DNA from: Candidatus Hydrogenedentota bacterium
GTDB lineage: Bacteria; Hydrogenedentota; Hydrogenedentia; Hydrogenedentales; SLHB01
NCBI GenBank assembly: GCA_045863295.1
Contig: BTWA01000022.1
Location: forward strand, 1-64,000
Length of the DNA stretch: 64,000 nucleotides
Reading direction: 5' to 3'
The first letter of the stretch is position 1, and every line of letters starts with the position of its first letter. Below the pieces are notes generated by a model that saw only the letters and a program-made list of their open reading frames with translations, was not told where the DNA came from and did not search any database. Shown in pieces: positions 7,031 through 16,685 of the stretch. The position numbers and the translations under genes were made by a program.

Positions 7031-8617
7031 ATGGGCCATTTGGGCATTCTTGATGTTCTGGAGATTGTGTTTTACTTCGTCGCGCTGTTGGGAATCGGGT
7101 GGTATTTTTCGCGGCAATCCCGTAACACGGACGAGTATTTTGTGGCAGGGCGTTCGTACCCGGGTTGGCTGATAGGGTTTTCGCTGTTTGGCGCGACGAT
7201 CAGCTCGATTACGTTCATGGCGTATCCGGCGGATGCGTACAAGACGGGGTACTTGCGGTATCTCATTTGCCTGATGTTGCCGGTGGGGGTGCTTATCGCA
7301 TCGCGCTATTTCGTGCCGTTTTTCCGGCGGGGCCGGATCACTTCCGTGTTTGAGTATCTTGAGGGCCGGTTTGGTCCCGCGACGCGGGTGTATGGGGCCT
7401 CGGTTTTTATTCTGGCTCAGTGCATTCGGTTGGCGATGATCCTGTATCTCACGGCGATATTGATGCAGGCGGTAACGGGTTGGGACGCGACCTGGTGCAT
7501 CTTGATAGGCAGCGTAACGACGGCCTACTACACGGTGGCGGGGGGAATCAAGGCGGTCATTTGGACGGATTTCGTGCAGTCGGTCGTGCTCACCGGGGGC
7601 GGTTTGCTGGTGCTTGGGGTGATTGTGTTCAAGTTGCCAGGCGGTTTCGCACAGCTTTTCTCGGTGGCCCACGAACATGGCCGGTTTGGATTGAACGAAC
7701 TTGGGGCGGACGGAGCGACGCACGCGGTTCCGTGGGGCGTTTCGTTGAGCCACAAGACGGTGTTCATGCTGCTGATTGTCGGCTTGTTTCAATGGTTGGC
7801 GGAATACAGCACGAACCAGGAATCCATTCAGAAATACTGCGCTTCAAAGACTGCCCGGGACGCGCGGCGGGCGATGTGGATCTGTTGCTGGTTTTGTGTG
7901 CCGACGTGGGGCTATTTCATGCTGGTGGGCACGGGGCTGTTTGTGTTTTATCAGCAGTTTCCCGACGGGAACGCGGCGGAGATGTTGACAGGCGCGAGAA
8001 AGGCCGAGGAGATTCTCCCCTACTTTGTCGCGACGCAACTGCCCACGGGTCTTGTGGGGATCGTGGTTGCGGCGGTGTTGGCGGCCGCGATGTCGAGCAT
8101 GTCGTCGGCGATGAATTCCATTTCGGCGGTGGTGGTCACGGATCTTTACAAGCGGCACTGGGTGCGGGAGCGTGATGACCGTCACTACGTATCGGTAGCC
8201 CGTTGGGTGACGGCGGCGAGCACGGGTGTGATGATTGGCGGGGCTTATTGGCTGCTGGCGTCGGAACAAAAAACGTTGCAGGATTTGTGGACCGAATTGC
8301 AGTCCATCGCGGCCGGCGGATTGCTTGGTTTGTATATGCTAGGCTTTTTCACGACACGCGGAGATGGGCGTGCCGTTGCCTTGGGGATCGCGTTTGCGGT
8401 GGGTTTCTCTGTGTTGATGTCGCTGGATGGGTTGGGCTGGCTCCCGGAGGGGATGTCCTCGGCGATGCACCCGTATTTTGACGGATACTATACGGGCATC
8501 GTTGGCAATGTAGTCATGTTCGCGGTTGGCTTTGGAGCCGCGAGTATATTGCCGCAGCGGCCGCGCGATCTCACGAACCTTACGGTCTGGACGCAAGACA
8601 ATCGGCCGTTGGACTGA
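7031..8617 (+). CDS. Sodium:solute symporter (SSS), sugar or sugar-acid type
   Basis: EYFVAGRS, SITFMAYP, FEYLEGRFG, GGIKAVIWTD and AAAMSS motifs; many TM helices. Confidence 0.93.
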   Translation: MGHLGILDVLEIVFYFVALLGIGWYFSRQSRNTDEYFVAGRSYPGWLIGFSLFGATISSITFMAYPADAYKTGYLRYLICLMLPVGVLIASRYFVPFFRRGRITSVFEYLEGRFGPATRVYGASVFILAQCIRLAMILYLTAILMQAVTGWDATWCILIGSVTTAYYTVAGGIKAVIWTDFVQSVVLTGGGLLVLGVIVFKLPGGFAQLFSVAHEHGRFGLNELGADGATHAVPWGVSLSHKTVFMLLIVGLFQWLAEYSTNQESIQKYCASKTARDARRAMWICCWFCVPTWGYFMLVGTGLFVFYQQFPDGNAAEMLTGARKAEEILPYFVATQLPTGLVGIVVAAVLAAAMSSMSSAMNSISAVVVTDLYKRHWVRERDDRHYVSVARWVTAASTGVMIGGAYWLLASEQKTLQDLWTELQSIAAGGLLGLYMLGFFTTRGDGRAVALGIAFAVGFSVLMSLDGLGWLPEGMSSAMHPYFDGYYTGIVGNVVMFAVGFGAASILPQRPRDLTNLTVWTQDNRPLD

Positions 8618-8626
8618 ATCGCCGAT

Positions 8627-10921
8627 TTATTTGGGCGGCGTGGCCGACACGGTGATGCCCTGGGGAACCGATGCAGACCCCACGTCTGTAATTCGAAAAT
8701 TGAATCCCCAGTTCATGCCGCTTTGGCCGATCTTCAATAGGATTGTCGATGTTCCTTCAGGCAGTGTGACCGGCACGATATCGTCATCCACCGAGACGGT
8801 GCGCTCGATCTTGTTGTTCCAGACTTCCTTGCCGTTCAGGAATGCCTTGATGGAATCGTTGCTGCCGAGGCGGAACTCCACCTCTTTGGGACCGTCGCTG
8901 ACCGTTACCCAGCAAAGAGCGTAAGCGCACACCCATTCGGTATCGGCGAATTCATTGAGTAGATCGACGTAGGCGGTCCATTCGGGCGTGCTGTTGTGTT
9001 TCCATGCGACTTGGGATTCCCCTTTCCCTTTGTACGTGGCGGTAATGTCGATTGATTCCTCGGGCGGGTAGACTCGGTCGTGTCCGTCCATGCCGAGGTT
9101 GTCGAACGGTCCACAGAGCATCCATTCGTTGACGAATCCTTGTTCGCGCGCGAACCGGTCAGCGATGCCGACCATCGTTTTCTCCTTGGCAATGGTTGCC
9201 AGGAGGAAATCTTCGTTCGTGGCGGCCATCCGATCGATGGTGTCATTCAGTCGGTTTACCTGTGCCTGATACTGTTCGTACGACATGGAAGCGTCCGCGC
9301 GGCGGATGTTCAGATAGGCATCCATCTCTTCAAACGACAGTTGGACCATCTTGAGTCTCTGCATGATGCTGTTCGAGACGCTTCGCTGCAGCGCGTTTTC
9401 GATGGCTTCCCGGCATAGGTCGACGTGTTCCGGCTTGAAGTATTTCGGGTAGTCCGCCAGCCCCCACTCCACTTTGCGATCGATGCCGTTGAACACACTG
9501 CCGAGCGTTCGATAATACGTGGCCATGTCTGATGCGGCTTCGCCGAAGAATGCCTGCAACATATCTTCGAACAGATCCTTTCCATCGAGTGACGAATCCC
9601 ACATGCATTGCGCGGCGATGTAGTAATTGGGAAAGTAGGCGGCCCAGGAGTCCTGGCCTTCGAAGGACACGCCGGTAACCCCGATGGATTTGTAGACCGC
9701 CATTTCGCGCGCGTGCGATTCCCACATCGGCCACGGAAGCCCGCCGCTGTAGGGCACGGGGTCGTATTCGTAGATGTAGACGTGGTTTGTAAACGACGTC
9801 CATCGTTCAAGCAGATCCCGGAACCCTTGGCGCGACGGACAGCCGTCATCGCCGATACCGTGTGCGGCGCAATAGACACTGGTGGTCGCGAAGATGCAGG
9901 TATTTGGATTGACTTCTTGATTCACCGGCGGATCGGTGTGGTTTCTGTTGTAGGCGTATGTGGTCACCAGGAGGTCCGGGTATTCATCCCTGAGGCCGTC
10001 CAGTACCTGATTCAAGAAGAGTTGGTAGCGATCGGCGATGCTGGGGAGTCCGCCGCTATCGATCCGGCCGGAATCGAGGGCCTTGCAGTTGTCGCATTGG
10101 CAGAACTCGTGATTGTCGTCGGGACAAAGCGAATACGCCACGGTGCCGGGATTCTGTTTCATGTACTTTTTTATTGCTTGCACCACGAACGCAACCGATT
10201 CGGGGTTGGATGTGCAAATCTGTGTTGTTTTGCGATCGCCATCTATAAGTGCGTAGAGGTCCGGTCGATCCTTAAATGACGCAAACTCGGCGAGCGTGTT
10301 TGTCAGGTTATGGCCGTGCTGCACCGCGGGGCGGTGCATACGATTGCGGCGGCGCCACTCGGCAAGCCGAACCGAGCCTTCGGACGAGCAGCCGTAGGCG
10401 TACCAAATGTCTCTGAAGGTAAAATCCGGTTGGCCTCGGCGAATGCCGGACGGAATGGCGACGTCTTTCGAGTACGGCAAACATTCACCGATTTCGCCGG
10501 GCATAATCCAACGGCAACCGAGTTCGCGAAGCAACGTGAATATGCCGTGACTGGTTCCCAACGAACTGCCGCCAAGCACATAAATTGCCTCGGGCGTGGC
10601 GTGAATTTCGAATGCCTCGCTGGAAGGCAATTGCGTTTCAATTTTCAGATGTGGGAAGTGTTCGGGTTCTCCGACGTATATGGGCACCATTCCAGGTTGC
10701 ATGTTCACGGCAAGAGTTGCACCGCTGATGCGGTTGATTATTGCGACGAAGTCGTTGGCGGCCTCGGTGTTCATGCCCTCGGCATCGTTGTCCAATACGA
10801 TGCATGCGGTGGGCTGTCCGTTGCGAACAATGGGGATTGTTTCCGCATTGGATACGACCGCGGTACATAAAGCCCATGTGGTTAGGACGAACGCGCTGGA
10901 GACGCGATGGATTGTTCGCAT
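8627..10921 (-). CDS. Secreted DUF4838 domain protein with C-terminal beta-sandwich module
   Basis: Signal peptide; LGCRWIMPG, QICTSNPE and SLCPDD..FCQCDNC motifs. ATG 10921 has GGGGAG RBS. Confidence 0.8.
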   Translation of the reverse strand: MRTIHRVSSAFVLTTWALCTAVVSNAETIPIVRNGQPTACIVLDNDAEGMNTEAANDFVAIINRISGATLAVNMQPGMVPIYVGEPEHFPHLKIETQLPSSEAFEIHATPEAIYVLGGSSLGTSHGIFTLLRELGCRWIMPGEIGECLPYSKDVAIPSGIRRGQPDFTFRDIWYAYGCSSEGSVRLAEWRRRNRMHRPAVQHGHNLTNTLAEFASFKDRPDLYALIDGDRKTTQICTSNPESVAFVVQAIKKYMKQNPGTVAYSLCPDDNHEFCQCDNCKALDSGRIDSGGLPSIADRYQLFLNQVLDGLRDEYPDLLVTTYAYNRNHTDPPVNQEVNPNTCIFATTSVYCAAHGIGDDGCPSRQGFRDLLERWTSFTNHVYIYEYDPVPYSGGLPWPMWESHAREMAVYKSIGVTGVSFEGQDSWAAYFPNYYIAAQCMWDSSLDGKDLFEDMLQAFFGEAASDMATYYRTLGSVFNGIDRKVEWGLADYPKYFKPEHVDLCREAIENALQRSVSNSIMQRLKMVQLSFEEMDAYLNIRRADASMSYEQYQAQVNRLNDTIDRMAATNEDFLLATIAKEKTMVGIADRFAREQGFVNEWMLCGPFDNLGMDGHDRVYPPEESIDITATYKGKGESQVAWKHNSTPEWTAYVDLLNEFADTEWVCAYALCWVTVSDGPKEVEFRLGSNDSIKAFLNGKEVWNNKIERTVSVDDDIVPVTLPEGTSTILLKIGQSGMNWGFNFRITDVGSASVPQGITVSATPPK

Positions 10922-11193
10922 GTGTGCACTCCCCCATTCGCGGGCGATGTTTCCGGTTTGAACCCGCGCGCTCGCCAGAATAGAAGAAACGCGCACACGC
11001 CACAAGATTCCGAGGGAATGCGTGGGGGTACCGTACACTTAACAAAGAGGGTTGCGAATTTTGCCAAGTCGGTTCATTATACGGATGGGGGACAAACTAT
11101 TTAGGGCGCCGGACCCACGCCGGCGCGCTCGATGCACAACAGATTCGGGGTACCCTCTGCCCTGCCCATCTGTTTGCGCGATAGGGGGACGTT

Positions 11194-14100
11194 ATGAGTG
11201 TATTGCGTTTTGCTTTGGGGGCCGTTGTCATGATTTCCGCAACCCTGCCAGGATTTGGCGAAAGTTCCAGTCAGGTCCGGGATCTGTTTGCCAATCCACC
11301 GCGGGAGTACAGTTCTTCTCCTTTGTGGGTGTGGAACGATGACCTGACCGAGGATCAGGTACTTGCGACCTTGCGCGATTTGGCGGCCCAGGATGTGAAG
11401 CAGGTTTTTGTCCATCCTCGCCCCGGGCTCATGACGCCCTATCTTTCCGACAGTTGGTTCCGCTTATGGAAAGCGGTTCTCCGTGAAGCAGACGTGTTGG
11501 ATATGAACGTCTGGATTTACGACGAGAACTCCTATCCATCGGGATTTGCAGGTGGGTTCGTGCCCAAGGCGATGCCGGAGTCTCATGGGCTGGGTCTGAA
11601 ACTTACGGAAACCGACACCGTACCTGCTTGGGATGACGCGACCGTCGCCATCTATCGGCTTTCTGATTCCAATGCGGTCGATGTAAGTGAAGCGGCCCGG
11701 TCGGGGTCGCCTCTGGGCGCGGGCCGATACCTTGTGGCCGCGACAGAAAAGTCGAAATCCACACCGTGGTTTGCTGGTACGAACTACGTCGATCTGTTGC
11801 GGCCCGGGGTGACGGAGAAATTTCTGGAGATCACGCTGGGCGCATATGAGCGCGAGATTGGTGCGGAGTTCGGCAAGCGTGTTCCCGGTTCGTTTACCGA
11901 TGAGCCTCACCTTGCGCCTGCCGGTGGATTTCATTGGACGCCTGATTTGCCTGAGCAATTTGCGGCGCGGCGCGGGTATTCACTCATGGAGACGCTGCCC
12001 AGCCTGATTCGACCGATAGGCGATTACCGTCGGGTGCGGCATGATTATTACCGGACGTTGCTTGAACTGTTCATTGAGCGCTGGGCGAAGCCTTACTACG
12101 ATTATTGCGCCAACCATAATCTGGAGTTCACGGGACACTACTGGGAACACGAGTGGCCCAAGTGCGGTTATGGCCCGGACAACATGGCCATGTATGCGTG
12201 GCATCAGCGACCGGCGATCGACACGCTGTTCAATCAGTATGACGAAGGACCGCATGCGCAATTCGGCAATGTGCGTGCGGTTATGGAACTGGGGAGCGTC
12301 AGTAATCAACTCGGACTGAAACGGACGCTGTGCGAAGCGTACGGCGGCGGCGGATGGGACCTCCGGTTTGAAGACATGAAACGCATCGGGGACTGGTTGT
12401 ACGTGCTTGGTGTGAATACGCTGGACGAACACCTTTCTTATATCACCATGCGCGGCGCGCGGAAATACGATTATCCGCAGTCGTTTTCGTATCACGCATC
12501 CTGGTGGGATAGCTATCACGTGATGGCCCGCTACTTCACCCGGCTCTCGGCCGCCTTGTCGCATGGAGCGCCTGTGCAGGAGACCCTGGTTATCGAACCA
12601 ACAGGCACGGCGTGGATGTATCAATCTGCGGATGACCGGGAGCATCTGGAGCAATTGGGAAACACGTTTCAGAAGTTGGTAACCGATTTGGCCAAGGCCC
12701 AAGTGGAGTTTGACCTTGGTTCAGAAGATATTATCGCGCGGCGTGGGCGCATTGACGGCGGTCGATTTGTCATAGGGGAACGGGCTTACCGGACGGTGGT
12801 ACTCCCGTCACACATGGAGACGTTGAACGAAACCACGTTTTCCCTGTTGAGCCAATTCATCCAATCCGGCGGAAATCTACTGATCGTAGGCGAGCCGGCG
12901 TTAACACGGTTGGATGGCGTCGCGAGTGCGGAAGCGGCGGCATTCGCCGGTGAGCCGGGCATATCCAAAGTTGCCGAAGATGTGCTCGCGGCACAGCTGC
13001 TGGCGCTGGGGGCCAATCATTTCTCCATTGCCTTTGAGGAGGTTTCCGCAGGCCAGCCGGTCTTTCACCAGCGTCGCCGATTTGACGATGGCGAGCTTCT
13101 ATTTGTGGTGAATACGAGTAATACAGAAGGTGCGAAAGGAACTGTCCACTCTGCCTGCAAACGCGTTGAAAAGTGGGATTTGGAACGTGGCACGACGGGT
13201 TCCTATGCCTTTGAGTCCGATGCATCCGGCGTCCATGCGTCGATTGAATTGCCACCGTGCGGGAGCCTGCTCCTGTTTCTAGGGGACTCATCCGGTGACT
13301 CTGCCACCACACAATCGGGCACGCGGACTTTAGTCGCGGCGAGCGGCGAGACAGCGGTCAAGCGGCTTTCGCCCAACGTGCTGACCCTGGATTATCTTGA
13401 CCTGAAGATTGGCGACCAGACGTACGAACGTGTCTTCATGTACGAGGCGGCCCGGAAGGCATTTCAGAGCATCGGGCTCGAGGAAGATCCCTGGGATCAC
13501 GCCGTGCAATTTGGCGATGAATTGGTTTCCCGCGTTGTGCCGCCCAATGACGGGTATGAGGCGACGTACCGTTTCACGTTGGAAGGTGAGGTGGCGGGCC
13601 CTGTGCACGTCGTGGTGGAACGGCCCGATCTATACACCATCACCTGCAATGGACAGGTTGTACAGGCGCTGCCCGGGGAATGGTGGCTGGATCGAGCGTT
13701 TGGCCGTATCGACCTCACCAGCGCAATTCGCGAGGGTGAGAATACGGTCGTACTCAAGGCATCTCCCATGACGATGCTGCACGAGATCACAGCCATTTAT
13801 GTGCTGGGCGACTTTGCTTTGACGGCAAGCGAATCCGGCTTTTCGATTGGTCCATCCAAGCCGCTGGGCCTTGGCCCGTGGAACGCCCAGGGCCAGCCCC
13901 TGTATGGACATGACGTGTCGTATTCTCAGACATATGTAATTTCAGACCGTTCGAAGCGCCACGTGGTCAAACTTCCGGACTGGTATGGGAGCATCGCGAA
14001 GGTGCTGGTGAATGGCGAACTGGCGGGCCATGTAGGCTGGCAGCCTTCGGAATGCGATGTTTCTTCGCTTCTAAAAGACGGCGAGAATCGAATTGATGTG

Positions 14101-14274
14101 ATCGTGACCGGTACACTGAAGAATACGTTAGGGCCTCACCACGGTAACCCGCCGTTGGGCATTGCCTCTCCGGGGTCGTTCCGGAAAGGCGCGGAAGGCG
14201 GTGTGCCGAAGGGCGCGGGGTATCACACGATTGGCTACGGATTGATGAAGTCATTCGAACTCTATAGGGAATAG
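11194..14274 (+). CDS. Secreted glycoside hydrolase, GH106 (alpha-L-rhamnosidase)-like
   Basis: FANPP.EY..PLWVWN, HPRPGL, YDENSYPSGFAGG and FTDEP motifs; signal peptide. Confidence 0.75.
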   Translation: MSVLRFALGAVVMISATLPGFGESSSQVRDLFANPPREYSSSPLWVWNDDLTEDQVLATLRDLAAQDVKQVFVHPRPGLMTPYLSDSWFRLWKAVLREADVLDMNVWIYDENSYPSGFAGGFVPKAMPESHGLGLKLTETDTVPAWDDATVAIYRLSDSNAVDVSEAARSGSPLGAGRYLVAATEKSKSTPWFAGTNYVDLLRPGVTEKFLEITLGAYEREIGAEFGKRVPGSFTDEPHLAPAGGFHWTPDLPEQFAARRGYSLMETLPSLIRPIGDYRRVRHDYYRTLLELFIERWAKPYYDYCANHNLEFTGHYWEHEWPKCGYGPDNMAMYAWHQRPAIDTLFNQYDEGPHAQFGNVRAVMELGSVSNQLGLKRTLCEAYGGGGWDLRFEDMKRIGDWLYVLGVNTLDEHLSYITMRGARKYDYPQSFSYHASWWDSYHVMARYFTRLSAALSHGAPVQETLVIEPTGTAWMYQSADDREHLEQLGNTFQKLVTDLAKAQVEFDLGSEDIIARRGRIDGGRFVIGERAYRTVVLPSHMETLNETTFSLLSQFIQSGGNLLIVGEPALTRLDGVASAEAAAFAGEPGISKVAEDVLAAQLLALGANHFSIAFEEVSAGQPVFHQRRRFDDGELLFVVNTSNTEGAKGTVHSACKRVEKWDLERGTTGSYAFESDASGVHASIELPPCGSLLLFLGDSSGDSATTQSGTRTLVAASGETAVKRLSPNVLTLDYLDLKIGDQTYERVFMYEAARKAFQSIGLEEDPWDHAVQFGDELVSRVVPPNDGYEATYRFTLEGEVAGPVHVVVERPDLYTITCNGQVVQALPGEWWLDRAFGRIDLTSAIREGENTVVLKASPMTMLHEITAIYVLGDFALTASESGFSIGPSKPLGLGPWNAQGQPLYGHDVSYSQTYVISDRSKRHVVKLPDWYGSIAKVLVNGELAGHVGWQPSECDVSSLLKDGENRIDVIVTGTLKNTLGPHHGNPPLGIASPGSFRKGAEGGVPKGAGYHTIGYGLMKSFELYRE

Positions 14275-14333
14275 GCGATCGCAGATGAAGGCACGGTGAA
14301 GGCCGGACACGGGGTCTCGTGTCCGGCCACAAC

Positions 14334-15236
14334 TTATACGAGCGTCTGCACCAGTTGTTCAACGAATGCGCGGGCTTTGCGGGCTTCTTCCTGCAATTCA
14401 GGAAGTGTTCCGGGCTTGAGGCACTCGATAATGAGCGGCCCCTGGCGAAATCCGCCTTGGGCAAGCCTGGCAAGCACTTTTGCAAAATCCACTCTGCCTG
14501 TGCCGGGGGTCAAATCCACAATTTTTGGATCCTGGTAATCCTTTACGCTCATACCCGACACAATCCCGTCCACATCGTTGGCATCGTCGACGGGATTTCG
14601 CTGGCCGTCGGTGTAATAGTAGATATTACCGGGGTCGTACCAGAGCCGGAATCGCTTATGGTTCACACTCTCAATGGCTTTACGGCAATCGAGTCCGGTG
14701 ATGTTTGTGCCGCCATGCGGCTTTACGCTGATGTCCAGGCTTTTCTCATCGGCGTAGGCGCAGGATTCGGCGATGGCTTTGTAGTAGGGCACGGCGAGTT
14801 CCGGTGTCCCCACTCCGCCCATCATCAAATTGGCGACGCCTGCAGCGACGCAATTGTCAATGAGGGTGTGCATTCCCTTGATGCCTGCTTCCACCGACTC
14901 CGCCGACGGGATATCGCCGCCATAGGCCGAAGGGAGACCTAATCCCCGCTGGCTGCACTGGTACCCGATTTCCGCTGCTTCCTCCAGCGTGGTGGCGGTG
15001 GAAATTACGAGGGGATTGCGTCCGGTGGTGGTCATCAGTCCGGCATACTTGAAACCCGCTTCCGCGATGGCGTCCAGCGCCACCCTGTAGTCATGGGCGG
15101 CCCACGGCCGTGTATAGCAACCGATCTGCCAACGATTGGAGGTCTGTTCCACTTGCGCGATTGCCGGGAGCGCGGATGCAACCGAGGCAACGCGCGCCAT
15201 AAAACTTCGTCGGCCAAAAACGCTTGGACGGTTCAT
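14334..15236 (-). CDS. Sugar phosphate isomerase/epimerase (AP endonuclease 2 TIM barrel), Tat-type leader
   Basis: GRRSFM leader; KPHGG, YDPGN, VKD, PGTGRVDF and IE motifs. Confidence 0.85.
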   Translation of the reverse strand: MNRPSVFGRRSFMARVASVASALPAIAQVEQTSNRWQIGCYTRPWAAHDYRVALDAIAEAGFKYAGLMTTTGRNPLVISTATTLEEAAEIGYQCSQRGLGLPSAYGGDIPSAESVEAGIKGMHTLIDNCVAAGVANLMMGGVGTPELAVPYYKAIAESCAYADEKSLDISVKPHGGTNITGLDCRKAIESVNHKRFRLWYDPGNIYYYTDGQRNPVDDANDVDGIVSGMSVKDYQDPKIVDLTPGTGRVDFAKVLARLAQGGFRQGPLIIECLKPGTLPELQEEARKARAFVEQLVQTLV

Positions 15237-15242
15237 GACGTA

Positions 15243-16493
15243 TTATCCTTCCCTAATCTCGTGTGTCTGTGGATCAAAGATCATTCTCTTGCCCGAGTCG
15301 TATGCCTGCATGGCCATGATTACCGCCACGGCATGTTGGTAACCCGCCTCAATGGACGCGTGTGGCGTGTTACGGGACCGGATGCATTGCAGCCAATCGA
15401 GCATATGATCCGGGCGTGGGATCTGATCAATGGGTTTAGGTTCCGCGACACACATCTTGTCGGGTCCGGCACCTTCGCCTGTGAGCATGGGGCGATCCCA
15501 ATTGAGCAGATCGAATGCGCCGTACTGACCGTAGATCTTGAACGCATTGCCGCCGCCGTTGCCGAAGTTCGTGGAGTAGGTGGCCATGAAGCCCTCGGGA
15601 TATATCCAAGTGGCCTCGACGTGGTCCGGGCAGGTAAAACCATAGTCGTCTTTCCATGTAAAGGTGCCGCCCTGACAAACGCTGCTAACAGGAAATTGCG
15701 CGCCGGTAATGAAGTGAACCAGGTCGATATAGTGACTTCCAAATCCGGGAACCGGACCATCGGAGAATCCGCGATACCCGTACCAGCCTGAATAGAGGTT
15801 CATATCGAAGGGCCGCGGCGGCTGATTCATCAGAAATTCGTTCCAGTCGACGTCTTCCTGTCGCACTTCCTTCAGATATTGGTACCAGTAGGGTCTCCAG
15901 CCGTTGCGGTGCTGTTCGATCCGGCTGACCGAGCCGAGAATGCCGGTCTTAAAAAGTTCGTTTGCGCCGACCATGCCGGGGAGACTACGAAGTTGCGTGC
16001 CTACCTGCACAATGACTCCATTGTCCCGCACGGCCTGACATGCGTCTTTCACTTCTTGAAAATGGGTACCCAGAGGCTTTTCGACGTATACGTCTTTGCC
16101 GGCTTCCGCCGCCGCCTTCAGATGGGCGGGATGCTGGTGGTCACATGACGCGATGGTGACCGCGTCTACATCCTCCAGAGCCAGCAAGTCGCGGTAGTGA
16201 GAAAACTTGCGTGCTTCAAGGCCATACCAGTCCTTGCACAGATTTGCGGCCTCGTCCTGTTTGACTTTCCAGGGATCGCAAACCGCCGTGATGGCGATGT
16301 TCTGTTCGGCGGCGTGAGCGTTGATACCCATCATGTGCGTGCCGATACCCCGGCTGCCGCAACCGATGATGCCGATCGCGATGCGGTCGTTTGCCCCCAC
16401 AATTCGGGCATAACTCGCGGCCGACATCGAAAATGCCGTGACTCCCGTGGCAGCGGTTTTCAGGAACTGCCTGCGATTCTCCGAGTAGTTCAT
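15243..16493 (-). CDS. Gfo/Idh/MocA oxidoreductase, Tat-type leader
   Basis: NRRQFLK, GANDRI.IGIIGCG.RG, EKP and QVGTQ motifs. Confidence 0.93.
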   Translation of the reverse strand: MNYSENRRQFLKTAATGVTAFSMSAASYARIVGANDRIAIGIIGCGSRGIGTHMMGINAHAAEQNIAITAVCDPWKVKQDEAANLCKDWYGLEARKFSHYRDLLALEDVDAVTIASCDHQHPAHLKAAAEAGKDVYVEKPLGTHFQEVKDACQAVRDNGVIVQVGTQLRSLPGMVGANELFKTGILGSVSRIEQHRNGWRPYWYQYLKEVRQEDVDWNEFLMNQPPRPFDMNLYSGWYGYRGFSDGPVPGFGSHYIDLVHFITGAQFPVSSVCQGGTFTWKDDYGFTCPDHVEATWIYPEGFMATYSTNFGNGGGNAFKIYGQYGAFDLLNWDRPMLTGEGAGPDKMCVAEPKPIDQIPRPDHMLDWLQCIRSRNTPHASIEAGYQHAVAVIMAMQAYDSGKRMIFDPQTHEIREG

Positions 16494-16685
16494 TTGCTTG
16501 ACTCCCCCGTTCGATAGACGCACCGAGGTTCCCCGTCGCGAGTGATTCGCGACCCGTCGGTCGTCTCTATGTATCGTACTCCGTTTTTCTGGAATGCGCC
16601 AAGGGATTCTTCTTTTCAGGCGAGTCGTGCTACACTCCGATCACTTCCCCCCGTGTGCAATCGCGACTTATTGGGAGACTCCCCG

